Below are positions 17,641 through 25,495 of a stretch of DNA of 32,276 bases, piece after piece. Below the pieces are notes generated by a model that saw nothing but the letters and a program-made list of their open reading frames with translations, ran no database searches and had not been told where the DNA came from. Origin of the DNA: a virus (taxonomy: Duplodnaviria > Caudoviricetes); the IMG/VR virus record IMGVR_UViG_3300005662_002409, positions 1-32,276 of that record; one strand, written 5' to 3'. Position 1 is the stretch's first letter, and each line of letters begins with the position of its first letter. The translations under genes and the position numbers were made by a program.

Positions 17641-18365
17641 GCAGCCTATTACCATTAGACCTAGAGAATCTAGTTCTTCCTACTTTCAACATTGACTTAT
17701 ATGATGCCAAAGCCGGTCAGAACGAAGATGTCCTTACATTGGCATTCCGTGTAGAAGGTCAAGCACCTGCTGATGACTTAGAAGCATTTATTGAAAAAGA
17801 AGGACGTTGGATCCTTGATACTGATGTTAGTTCAGGTCAAGACAATACTGACCATTATCTAGTGTTTGTAGAGATCAAACGTAATCAACAGGCCGCAGAG
17901 CGTATCTGCTATCTAATAGATTTAATCGAACGTGTAACCGGTGTACTAAATTGGAAGTTCACAGTAGGCGATGGCTTAGTTGCTAACAAAGCCACAGAAG
18001 AAACCATTGCATCACTTGTACCAATGAGCCCAGCTGATTATAAAGCCAGCAAAGAGCAGGCCAAAGTAACTGCACTTGAAAACTTTTTCAACAACACCAC
18101 TTATAACACAGTAGTAGTCGAAGGTGATCAAATCAAACTTCAACAGTTTTATGCATTGCCTACTCCGCAAAGTGAACTAATTTTAAATTTAGAGTCAGCT
18201 GAAAATTTAGCCGACTTACAAGAGTCTGACATTTTAGAAAGCACACAAGCAATTTGGTTGCAGAAGAAACTAGGCGCTAACTATACTATAGAACAGTATG
18301 ACGACAAGTTTCTCTTATCACGTCCTGGACACGAAGAACGGTATCTTATCTCTCTAAATGTCTAA
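17637..18365 (+). CDS. Hypothetical phage protein
   Basis: 242-aa ORF chained by overlaps. Confidence 0.8.
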   Translation: MSSLLPLDLENLVLPTFNIDLYDAKAGQNEDVLTLAFRVEGQAPADDLEAFIEKEGRWILDTDVSSGQDNTDHYLVFVEIKRNQQAAERICYLIDLIERVTGVLNWKFTVGDGLVANKATEETIASLVPMSPADYKASKEQAKVTALENFFNNTTYNTVVVEGDQIKLQQFYALPTPQSELILNLESAENLADLQESDILESTQAIWLQKKLGANYTIEQYDDKFLLSRPGHEERYLISLNV

Positions 18366-18576
18366 GGAAGTAATTACATTAGATGGCGTGGTCAACGAGA
18401 CCCTGCCTAACGCAATGTTCCGTGTTCAGTTGAATGAATCTGGACACATTTTGCTAGCGCATCTTAGTGGTAAGATTCGGATAAACAATATCAACATACT
18501 ACAAGGTGACCGAGTTAAAATCGAAATAACACCGTATGACCTTACCAAAGGTCGAATCGTATATAGGTACAAATAA
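18358..18576 (+). CDS. infA: Translation initiation factor IF-1
   Basis: 72 aa: MSKE.I...[13 protein letters not shown]...[30 protein letters not shown]. Confidence 0.97.
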   Translation: MSKEVITLDGVVNETLPNAMFRVQLNESGHILLAHLSGKIRINNINILQGDRVKIEITPYDLTKGRIVYRYK

Positions 18577-19010
18577 TGACTATTGCTACTACCAAAGCCA
18601 AAGCACTATTAGTAGAGATTGCTAACAGTTTAGCAACTGAAGCTACGGCAGCGGGCAAGACATCATTGGCAACAGCATTGACTGAACTAGGCTCCGAGAT
18701 TAGTACAGAGACAGTAACTGAAACAGAATTCTTTATCAATGCAGGTGGTACTGGTACTACAGGAGTAGGTCAAGTATGGGCAGATATTTTATCTACTGCC
18801 GCCGACGTAGTACAAAGCAAAGAAATGAATACTGCCAATGCACAGAATGCATTCAGTAATATAAAATTATATCAAACCCTTGTCGAACAAGGTAAAATGC
18901 TTGACGAAGGCGATAGAGTCAATGACGCTCAACAAGCTAATTCTAAAGCTAAAGTTAAACAGATTGCAAACCAAGTGCAAGCGTTGCTGGACGAAATCAC
19001 TAATTCTTAA
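18576..19010 (+). CDS. Hypothetical Ala/Thr-rich helical protein
   Basis: TAATG overlap with infA. Confidence 0.75.
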   Translation: MTIATTKAKALLVEIANSLATEATAAGKTSLATALTELGSEISTETVTETEFFINAGGTGTTGVGQVWADILSTAADVVQSKEMNTANAQNAFSNIKLYQTLVEQGKMLDEGDRVNDAQQANSKAKVKQIANQVQALLDEITNS

Positions 19011-19067
19011 AAACTCATCCTGTATTCGCTTAGATAAGTACACTTATAATAAAAGTGGAGCGAAACA

Positions 19068-19535
19068 ATGATGATGTGGTTATTCTTTTGGTTTATTAAA
19101 GCCTTACCTGCAACATTCTGGTTGATACTTGCTGTAGGCGGAGTAGCTGTATTCTTTGCCGCCGGCATCTTAGGTAAACTTCCCCCTTTCAAAGCCTACA
19201 CAATGTTTATCAAGCCAGTTGCGGCCATTGCCGCAGTGTTTGGTATCTACATGTACGGCGGTGCAAGTATTAATGATCACTATCAAACAATGATTCACGA
19301 GTTAGAAGAAAAAGTTAAGGTAGCTGAAGCAAAGAGCCAAACAGTTAACACCGTTATCGAAGAACGTATCAAAGTACAAAAACAAGTAATCACAGACAAG
19401 CAAATTGTATATCAAGATAGAATTGTAGAAGTAGCCAAAGAGATTGATGCTCAGTGTAAATTAGATCCAAAAGTTCCGATACTACACAATGATGCCGCTA
19501 CTAATCCTATAAAGTCAGAGGAGACTAAGAAATGA
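19068..19535 (+). CDS. Putative inner-membrane spanin (Rz-like)
   Basis: N-terminal TM segments, periplasmic coiled coil and a C-terminal Cys (QCKLD...HNDAA). Directly precedes a lipoprotein. Confidence 0.65.
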   Translation: MMMWLFFWFIKALPATFWLILAVGGVAVFFAAGILGKLPPFKAYTMFIKPVAAIAAVFGIYMYGGASINDHYQTMIHELEEKVKVAEAKSQTVNTVIEERIKVQKQVITDKQIVYQDRIVEVAKEIDAQCKLDPKVPILHNDAATNPIKSEETKK

Positions 19536-19798
19536 AGAAGTTAATACTACTAGTTGCATTGGGTCTAACAGGTTGTGCAACACCTGTTCCAGTGACTGTA
19601 AAGTTTCCGGATGCTCCAAAGGATTTGCTAATTACTTGTGCTAACCTCGACAAAGTCCAAGCCACTGAAGAAAATCTCAGTGAGATGATGAAAGTTGTTG
19701 TTAAGAACTACGGATTGTATCACGAATGTAAACTCAAAGTAGATTCGTGGATCGAGTGGCATACTAAGCAAAAAGAAGTTTTAGACGCTATCAAGTAA
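19532..19798 (+). CDS. Putative outer-membrane spanin lipoprotein (Rz1-like)
   Basis: Lipobox LTGC, Pro-rich linker, C...NY..YHEC...W pattern. Confidence 0.7.
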   Translation: MKKLILLVALGLTGCATPVPVTVKFPDAPKDLLITCANLDKVQATEENLSEMMKVVVKNYGLYHECKLKVDSWIEWHTKQKEVLDAIK

Positions 19799-19808
19799 GG
19801 ACAGAACA

Positions 19809-20129
19809 ATGTCATGGTTTAATAAATTTGAGCAAGTAACTGCAAACACCCTTAAATCCATTTTCATGGAAAGCAATGCGCTGATTGCAGAGTCAGAGCG
19901 TGAGATTATGCGATGGGAAGCGCAGATCGAAACAGAGAAGAAATTCCTAGCTAAGATTTCAGCTAAGGCACACGAGCAGGCAGTTGCCGCCGCTATAAAA
20001 GCGCAGGAAGAAGCAGATGAGCTAAAGCTCGAAATTACCAAAGCTAAGGAGGTTGCAGACAAGTATGCAATTCAATCCGTGGAAAGTGTTGGGGATAAAC
20101 CCAACCAGCAACCAGTCAGTAATTTCTAA
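19809..20129 (+). CDS. Coiled-coil hypothetical protein
   Basis: AAGGA SD; Ala/Glu/Lys-rich helix. Confidence 0.65.
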   Translation: MSWFNKFEQVTANTLKSIFMESNALIAESEREIMRWEAQIETEKKFLAKISAKAHEQAVAAAIKAQEEADELKLEITKAKEVADKYAIQSVESVGDKPNQQPVSNF

Positions 20130-20700
20130 CGCCTGGCGCAAACTAGCACAGACAACTCATCCAGATAAAGGCGGAAGTACTGACGCCTTTGATGATGCAA
20201 GAAAGGCCTACGAGCAGGCCTTATTACTCGCACCTACTATCATTGAAATCAAACGACCCGCTAAATTGCTGTCGTTTAAATTATCTTTGGCTGCTAGCGA
20301 AGTATTAGATAAATCAGTTAAGGACATAGAATTTTACGACCACTTAGGTCGCATAGTTGAATGTACTGTAAACATCCCGGCATGGCAAATTGCATGGGGT
20401 AATGAACAAACTCTTAAAGTACCGGATATAGAAGTATCTGACGGCTCTACTATTACATTAATCATTACATGTTACATCCATAACGATTCTTTGATTATAG
20501 AAGAATCTGGATTGGTGTTAACTCCAGAGATTTTAGCCGCAGATGCAATAAGCAGATCATCAATTGAATTTATTTGGCGTGGAAAACACAAAATTTCAAT
20601 TGACAAATACGGCCAAGGTCTGCTATACTCTAAAGGATACTTGCTCGAAGATGGTTCCAGAGCAAATATACTAGTTAAACCAAAGTACGTGTTTAATTAG
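20065..20700 (+). CDS. J-domain (DnaJ-like) protein with divergent C-terminus
   Basis: NPWKVLG...AWRKLA...HPDKGG...F.....AYE. Start taken as ATG 20065. Confidence 0.85.
   Translation: MQFNPWKVLGINPTSNQSVISNAWRKLAQTTHPDKGGSTDAFDDARKAYEQALLLAPTIIEIKRPAKLLSFKLSLAASEVLDKSVKDIEFYDHLGRIVECTVNIPAWQIAWGNEQTLKVPDIEVSDGSTITLIITCYIHNDSLIIEESGLVLTPEILAADAISRSSIEFIWRGKHKISIDKYGQGLLYSKGYLLEDGSRANILVKPKYVFN
20600..20629 (+). promoter_or_regulatory. Sigma70-like promoter inside the J-domain gene, upstream of clpA
   Basis: TTGACA, 18-nt spacer ending in TGC, then TATACT. Confidence 0.55.
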
Positions 20701-20727
20701 AGGGACCACTACAAATTAAATAAAGGT

Positions 20728-22986
20728 ATGAATGTGAATCCAGCAGACAGTTTAAAAGAAGTAATGTTACAGGCAGCGGGTATTGCTGCCAAATACCAGT
20801 GTGAATATCTAACGCTAGAGTGTTTAGTACTGGCATTACTAGAAGACGAAACACTAGCAGAAACACTAAACGATGCAGGTATAGACGTTAATGCTATTAC
20901 TACACACGTTGCAGAATACATAGCTAACGAGTTGCCCAAAACACCAGATGGTAGTCCGCCACGTGAAACTAAGAGTCTAGAGCGAGTGCTTAATCGTGCA
21001 TTTGGTCAGGCTATGTTTTACGGACAAAACGAAGTCAAGAGTATTGATGTTTTAGCTAGCATCTTGTTTGAAAAGAACAACTGGACTAGCACTACACTTA
21101 AAAACTTCGGCGTTACTAAGAAAGTATTGCTAGGTAACTTTGGTACATCCTCGGCAGAGCCAGGCGAACGTCGAGCGGCCAAGAGTAATGCTCTTAAAGA
21201 ATATTGTGTCAACTTAACAGAGCAAGCCAAAGTCGGCAACTTAGATGTTATGAGTGGGCGTGAGCAAGAAGTAGATGACATGGTTCATGTACTTTGTCGC
21301 AGAACAAAAAGCAATGTTATCTTAATCGGTGATCCTGGTGTAGGTAAGACTGCTATTGTCGAAGGTCTTGCACAGCGTATTATTGCTAATGACATTCCAG
21401 ATGCACTCAAAGGACACGAAATCTTTAGTCTAGACATTAGTTCGTTGCTGGCGGGTACAAAGTATCGCGGTGACTTTGAAGAACGATTCAAAGAAATCAC
21501 TAAGCTACTAGCTAAGAAGAAAAATGCTATCTTGTTTATTGATGAAGCACATATGATTGCAGGTGCAGGCGCCGCTGGTAAAGATAATAGCAACGACCTG
21601 GCTAACATGCTCAAGCCTGGCCTAAGTCGTAGACAATTTAAAGTTATTGCTAGTACCACATGGGAAGACTTCCGTGATTCGTTTGAAAAGGATCGTGCGT
21701 TGATGCGTCGATTCAATCGTGTTGTGGTAGATGAGCCAGATCGTAGCCTGTGCATAGACATTCTTAAAGGTCTTGCACCACAATACACTGCATATCACGG
21801 TGTAGAGATTAACTTTAATCAAATCGAGGCTATTGTAGATTTAACCACACGATGGGTCAACGAACGCAAGCAACCGGATAAGAGCATCGATGTAATGGAT
21901 GCAGTTATGACTCGCACCAAGCTAGCCAAGACTGGGCCTTACATTCACGATGATGTTATCTTGATGGAATTGAGTCGTACTACTAAACTTCCACTAGAGA
22001 CATTTATTAGCTCACATAAAGAAGACAACGTCGACCACATTGAGAACTTGATCCGCAAACGAGTGTTTGGTCAAGACGAAGCAGTTGACAAGGTACTAGA
22101 ACGTATCTATATCAGTAAAGCAGGCTTGAAGAAAGCAGAACGACCTATTGCACAATTCTTGTTTACCGGACCAACTGGTGTAGGTAAAACAGAACTTGCT
22201 AAAAGTCTAGCAGAAAGCCTCGGCATTCACTTTGTTAAGTTTGATATGAGTGAGTATCAGGAACAGCACAGCGTTAGTAAACTAATCGGTGCGCCTCCGG
22301 GCTATGTTGGATTCGAGGATAGTAACCTAGGTGGTGGTATGCTAATCAGCGAGATTGAAAAGAATCCGCATTGTGTATTGCTCATGGACGAAATTGAAAA
22401 GGCAGATCCAAAAGTCAGTAACGTACTACTGCAAATCATGGACAGTGGATGGATTACTGGATCAAACGGTAAGAAGGCAGACTGCCGAAATGTTATTTTG
22501 ATTCTAACCAGCAACTTGGGTGCAGAAGCTTCAGAACGTGAAACTATTGGTTTCATGAATCAGGATCGTGGTGAAGAAACCAAAGCACTTAAAAAGTTCT
22601 TTGCACCAGAATTTAGAAATCGACTAGATGCCGCTATTAACTTTAAGCGTCTAGGCAAGGATCAAGTACACATGGTAGCTCAAAAGTTCATTGCAGAACT
22701 TAACGAGTTACTAATAGAACAGCACCTAACTATTAATCTAACTGACGAAGCGTTTGGTTTACTAGTCGAACGTGGGTGGGACAATAAAATGGGTGCTCGG
22801 CCAATGGGTCGTGCTATTGATGAACTAATCAAGGTTCCACTAAGTCGCATGATCCTAAAGAATCGTCCAAAAACTAATACTCTTATCGCAGTAGATCGTG
22901 ACGATGATGCAATGTCGTTTACTTTTGGTGTTGACTATCCAATCACTGGCACACTTAAACAGACCAGTGGCATGGATGTTGAATAA
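20728..22986 (+). CDS. clpA: ATP-dependent Clp protease ATPase subunit, ClpA-like
   Basis: Clp N-domain, two AAA+ modules (GDPGVGKT/FIDEAH and GPTGVGKT/LMDEIEK), PPGYVG and IGF loop. No ClpB M-domain; 752 aa. Confidence 0.92.
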   Translation: MNVNPADSLKEVMLQAAGIAAKYQCEYLTLECLVLALLEDETLAETLNDAGIDVNAITTHVAEYIANELPKTPDGSPPRETKSLERVLNRAFGQAMFYGQNEVKSIDVLASILFEKNNWTSTTLKNFGVTKKVLLGNFGTSSAEPGERRAAKSNALKEYCVNLTEQAKVGNLDVMSGREQEVDDMVHVLCRRTKSNVILIGDPGVGKTAIVEGLAQRIIANDIPDALKGHEIFSLDISSLLAGTKYRGDFEERFKEITKLLAKKKNAILFIDEAHMIAGAGAAGKDNSNDLANMLKPGLSRRQFKVIASTTWEDFRDSFEKDRALMRRFNRVVVDEPDRSLCIDILKGLAPQYTAYHGVEINFNQIEAIVDLTTRWVNERKQPDKSIDVMDAVMTRTKLAKTGPYIHDDVILMELSRTTKLPLETFISSHKEDNVDHIENLIRKRVFGQDEAVDKVLERIYISKAGLKKAERPIAQFLFTGPTGVGKTELAKSLAESLGIHFVKFDMSEYQEQHSVSKLIGAPPGYVGFEDSNLGGGMLISEIEKNPHCVLLMDEIEKADPKVSNVLLQIMDSGWITGSNGKKADCRNVILILTSNLGAEASERETIGFMNQDRGEETKALKKFFAPEFRNRLDAAINFKRLGKDQVHMVAQKFIAELNELLIEQHLTINLTDEAFGLLVERGWDNKMGARPMGRAIDELIKVPLSRMILKNRPKTNTLIAVDRDDDAMSFTFGVDYPITGTLKQTSGMDVE

Positions 22987-23016
22987 ATAATACTACTATA
23001 TAATTGGAGTATACAA

Positions 23017-23184
23017 ATGGCAAAGATCCATGAAGAAATCGTTGTAATCAAGTTAAGCAAGCTAGTCAAAGACTCTGAGCATACTGCACAGGGTGATCTG
23101 GCTGGTGACTTAGTAGGCAGTCTAGAAGCAGTTGTACAAGAGCTAGTCGGCAGTGATGTTATTGTCGAAGTAGCATCAGAGTAA
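23017..23184 (+). CDS. Hypothetical 55-aa protein (not in the ORF track)
   Basis: Translates to MAKIHEEIVVIKLSKLVKDSEHTAQGDLAGDLVGSLEAVVQELVGSDVIVEVASE. GGAG SD; ATAAATA at 22983-22989 upstream. Confidence 0.8.
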   Translation: MAKIHEEIVVIKLSKLVKDSEHTAQGDLAGDLVGSLEAVVQELVGSDVIVEVASE

Positions 23185-23282
23185 CTGGTTGGCGTTTTTA
23201 TTGGCACCCGTTTGCTTAAGGTGTAATTATTATTAGCAGACACAGACATGTTTGCAAATTTTAACCATCCTAAGGAGATTAT

Positions 23283-23513
23283 ATGATGTCATTTACAAAA
23301 CTAACTACTTCACAGAACGAATTCTTGATCAACCACCTACGTGGCACTGGTCGTGAACTAACTTCTGCTTTGGCAGCTAGCAACTACGGTATCAAGAACC
23401 TACGTGCTCGTGTAAGCGAACTACGTAATGCAGGTTACAAGGTTCGTACCCGCAAGAACACTGTTGGTACTACTAGCTATGCTGTTAGCCGCCGTATGGT
23501 TGGCCAGGCTTAA
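23283..23513 (+). CDS. Small basic winged-helix DNA-binding protein
   Basis: LT...A...YGIKNLRARVSELRNAGY.V wHTH pattern. Strong TAAGGAG SD and a downstream hairpin. Confidence 0.8.
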   Translation: MMSFTKLTTSQNEFLINHLRGTGRELTSALAASNYGIKNLRARVSELRNAGYKVRTRKNTVGTTSYAVSRRMVGQA

Positions 23514-23534
23514 TTGACCGCAATTAGGTAAAGG

Positions 23535-23561
23535 AACAGGGACCACATTGGTCCCTGTTTT
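23535..23561 (+). terminator. Intrinsic terminator-like hairpin
   Basis: AACAGGGACCA-CAT-TGGTCCCTGTT followed by TT. Confidence 0.7.
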
Positions 23562-23566
23562 CATTT

Positions 23567-24106
23567 ATGACAGACATAATTAAAAACTCAATCCCAAACA
23601 TTCCCGACTGGCCTAGCAATGGTGTAGTGTATCGTGATATCACTGGTTTGGTTTCTGCCCCCGAAGCATTTAAGTTATCGGTTGACAGCATTGCCAGTTA
23701 TATGTTACAATCTAATATAGACTGTATTCTAGCACCAGATGCTAGAGGTTTTATCTGGGGAGCACCGGTGGCTTACAAGTTAGACAAACCCTTGCATTTG
23801 ATTCGCAAGCCTGGAAAACTTCCGCCGCCTACATATGAGTATTTCTTTGATTACGAATATGCTTCTACAAGCCTTAACATTAAAGCTACTGCTGATATTA
23901 ACAGCAATACAAGAGTAGGTGTCATCGACGATGTTAATGCTACTGGTGGTACAGCTCTTGCTGTGGCTAAGTTGTTAGAAAAGTTTGGTACTCCGGCATC
24001 AAACATTTACTATGCTAGCGTTGTAAATTTACCTTTCTTAGGTGGTAGCACTAAGATACAACAAGAAGGTATTAACTTTTATTCGGTTATAGAATATAAT
24101 GAATGA
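23567..24106 (+). CDS. apt: Adenine phosphoribosyltransferase
   Basis: Contains PDWP..GVVYRDIT, DARGFIWG, IRKPGKLP, EY and IDDVNATGGT. Confidence 0.93.
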   Translation: MTDIIKNSIPNIPDWPSNGVVYRDITGLVSAPEAFKLSVDSIASYMLQSNIDCILAPDARGFIWGAPVAYKLDKPLHLIRKPGKLPPPTYEYFFDYEYASTSLNIKATADINSNTRVGVIDDVNATGGTALAVAKLLEKFGTPASNIYYASVVNLPFLGGSTKIQQEGINFYSVIEYNE

Positions 24107-24632
24107 TCTTATTTTAATTGCACTACCAGACGAAGCACCTTCGCTTCAGAAGCGACACGACGTTTACTTTACTGGAGTGGGCAAAGTCAACGCCGCTATT
24201 TCTGCGGCAACATTAATTGAACGACACAAACCCAAACGAGTATTCAACTTTGGTACAGCAGGTGGTATAACTGTTGAACACGGCGGCATTTATAAGTGTA
24301 CTACATTTAGCCAGCGTGACTATTTTGTGTCAGGTGTTTTTGTTCCACAAGAACTAGCATCGGCACCTATTAACTTACGTGGCCCAGGGTTACATCTAAG
24401 CACAGGCGATAACTTTGTCACAGACAGTAGCGCATGCCCCGGTGCTGACTTAGTTGACATGGAAGGCTACGCCATTGCATGGGCTTGCTGGAAAGCAGGC
24501 GTAGAATTTATTTGCCACAAATATGTCAGTGACAAAGCTGACGCCAACGCTGCCGAATCATTCGGCGATAACATTCACAAAGGACAAGAACACTATGAGC
24601 GACTTATCAAAGAATATGCCATCAACGAATGA
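24099..24632 (+). CDS. MTA/SAH nucleosidase-like (PNP/UDP family), compact
   Basis: Contains TGVGKVNAA, NFGTAGG, STGDNFV, VDMEGYAIA and KYVSD.AD. Confidence 0.85.
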   Translation: MNDLILIALPDEAPSLQKRHDVYFTGVGKVNAAISAATLIERHKPKRVFNFGTAGGITVEHGGIYKCTTFSQRDYFVSGVFVPQELASAPINLRGPGLHLSTGDNFVTDSSACPGADLVDMEGYAIAWACWKAGVEFICHKYVSDKADANAAESFGDNIHKGQEHYERLIKEYAINE

Positions 24633-24927
24633 TCTAGAGGCATTTAAGCCCTGGCTAACCGAAATGCTACGCAACAACACTGTCAGTGTTTCGTTTACCA
24701 AAGTAAATGGAGAGTTTCGCAAGATGGACTGTACGCTAGCCGAATCGGCTATTCCAGTAGCACAGCAACCAAAGCCATTGGCTGAAGGTGCAACACCACG
24801 TAAGGTCAGTGAAGAGAGCCTACGTGTATTTGATGTCAACAAACAAGAATGGCGTGCCTTCCGTTGGGATAAGGTTCAAGCCGTAAGTTTTGATCTAGGC
24901 AATGCTACTGTTGAATCAGTAGAATAA
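24595..24927 (+). CDS. SH3/Sm-like beta-barrel protein (WYL_2/DUF2693-like)
   Basis: Contains V.FTKVNGEFRKM.CTL and VFDV.KQEWRAFRWD. Start is 24595 or 24616. Confidence 0.8.
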   Translation: MSDLSKNMPSTNDLEAFKPWLTEMLRNNTVSVSFTKVNGEFRKMDCTLAESAIPVAQQPKPLAEGATPRKVSEESLRVFDVNKQEWRAFRWDKVQAVSFDLGNATVESVE

Positions 24928-24935
24928 AAAATCAG

Positions 24936-24964
24936 TTGACTTTATCAGTATGATCCGCTATACT
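24936..24964 (+). promoter_or_regulatory. Sigma70-like promoter of the replication operon
   Basis: TTGACT-17 nt-TATACT. Confidence 0.75.
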
Positions 24965-25010
24965 TAAAAAGATAAAGTTAACGCAATTGAATTTAACTAA
25001 GGAGAAATCA

Positions 25011-25271
25011 ATGAGTGATCGTACATTTAACGCAGAAGAAAAAGCCAAGCTAACACAGTTGATCAATGAGGGTATGCGTACCTTGCAAGAGATTGACGAC
25101 CTTAAAGGCGGCTTGAGCGACACAGTTAAGGCTATTGCAGAAGAACTGGAAATTAAGCCAGCTATTCTAAACAAGGCCGTTAAGACAGCATTCAAGGCCA
25201 GCTTTACTCAACAACAGAGTGAAATGGAAGACCTTGAAACAATCCTAGAGACTGTTGGTAAGAAGCTTTGA
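25011..25271 (+). CDS. T4 DsbA/GapR-like dsDNA-binding protein
   Basis: Helical EIDDLK..L.D.VKAIAEEL.IKP.ILNKAVK pattern. AGGAG SD before ATG 25011. Confidence 0.6.
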   Translation: MSDRTFNAEEKAKLTQLINEGMRTLQEIDDLKGGLSDTVKAIAEELEIKPAILNKAVKTAFKASFTQQQSEMEDLETILETVGKKL

Positions 25272-25495
25272 AGATAGACAGACTATTCGTGCTGGAATGG
25301 GCCAGCACGATTATTCTCATAGTTGGTGTAATACTAACCAGCTATAACATTTATCCTGCTAACGTTTGGTTCAGCATGGTAGGCAACTGCGGTTGGCTAC
25401 TATTAGGCTGGATCTGGAGAAAGTGGAGCCTGCTTACTGTGCAGGTAATTATTACTATAATTTACATTGCAGGAATTGTGAACGTTTATCTATGA
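25268..25495 (+). CDS. Small three-TM membrane protein
   Basis: EW...I...G....S.NIYP.N......GN..W pattern. 4-nt overlaps on both sides. Confidence 0.75.
   Translation: MKIDRLFVLEWASTIILIVGVILTSYNIYPANVWFSMVGNCGWLLLGWIWRKWSLLTVQVIITIIYIAGIVNVYL

Noticed and set aside
23201-23216. Sigma54-like TTGGCAC...TTGCT upstream of the wHTH gene
   Set aside because: The GG-to-GC spacing is 9 nt, not the required 10. It could instead be a weak -35 (TTGGCA).
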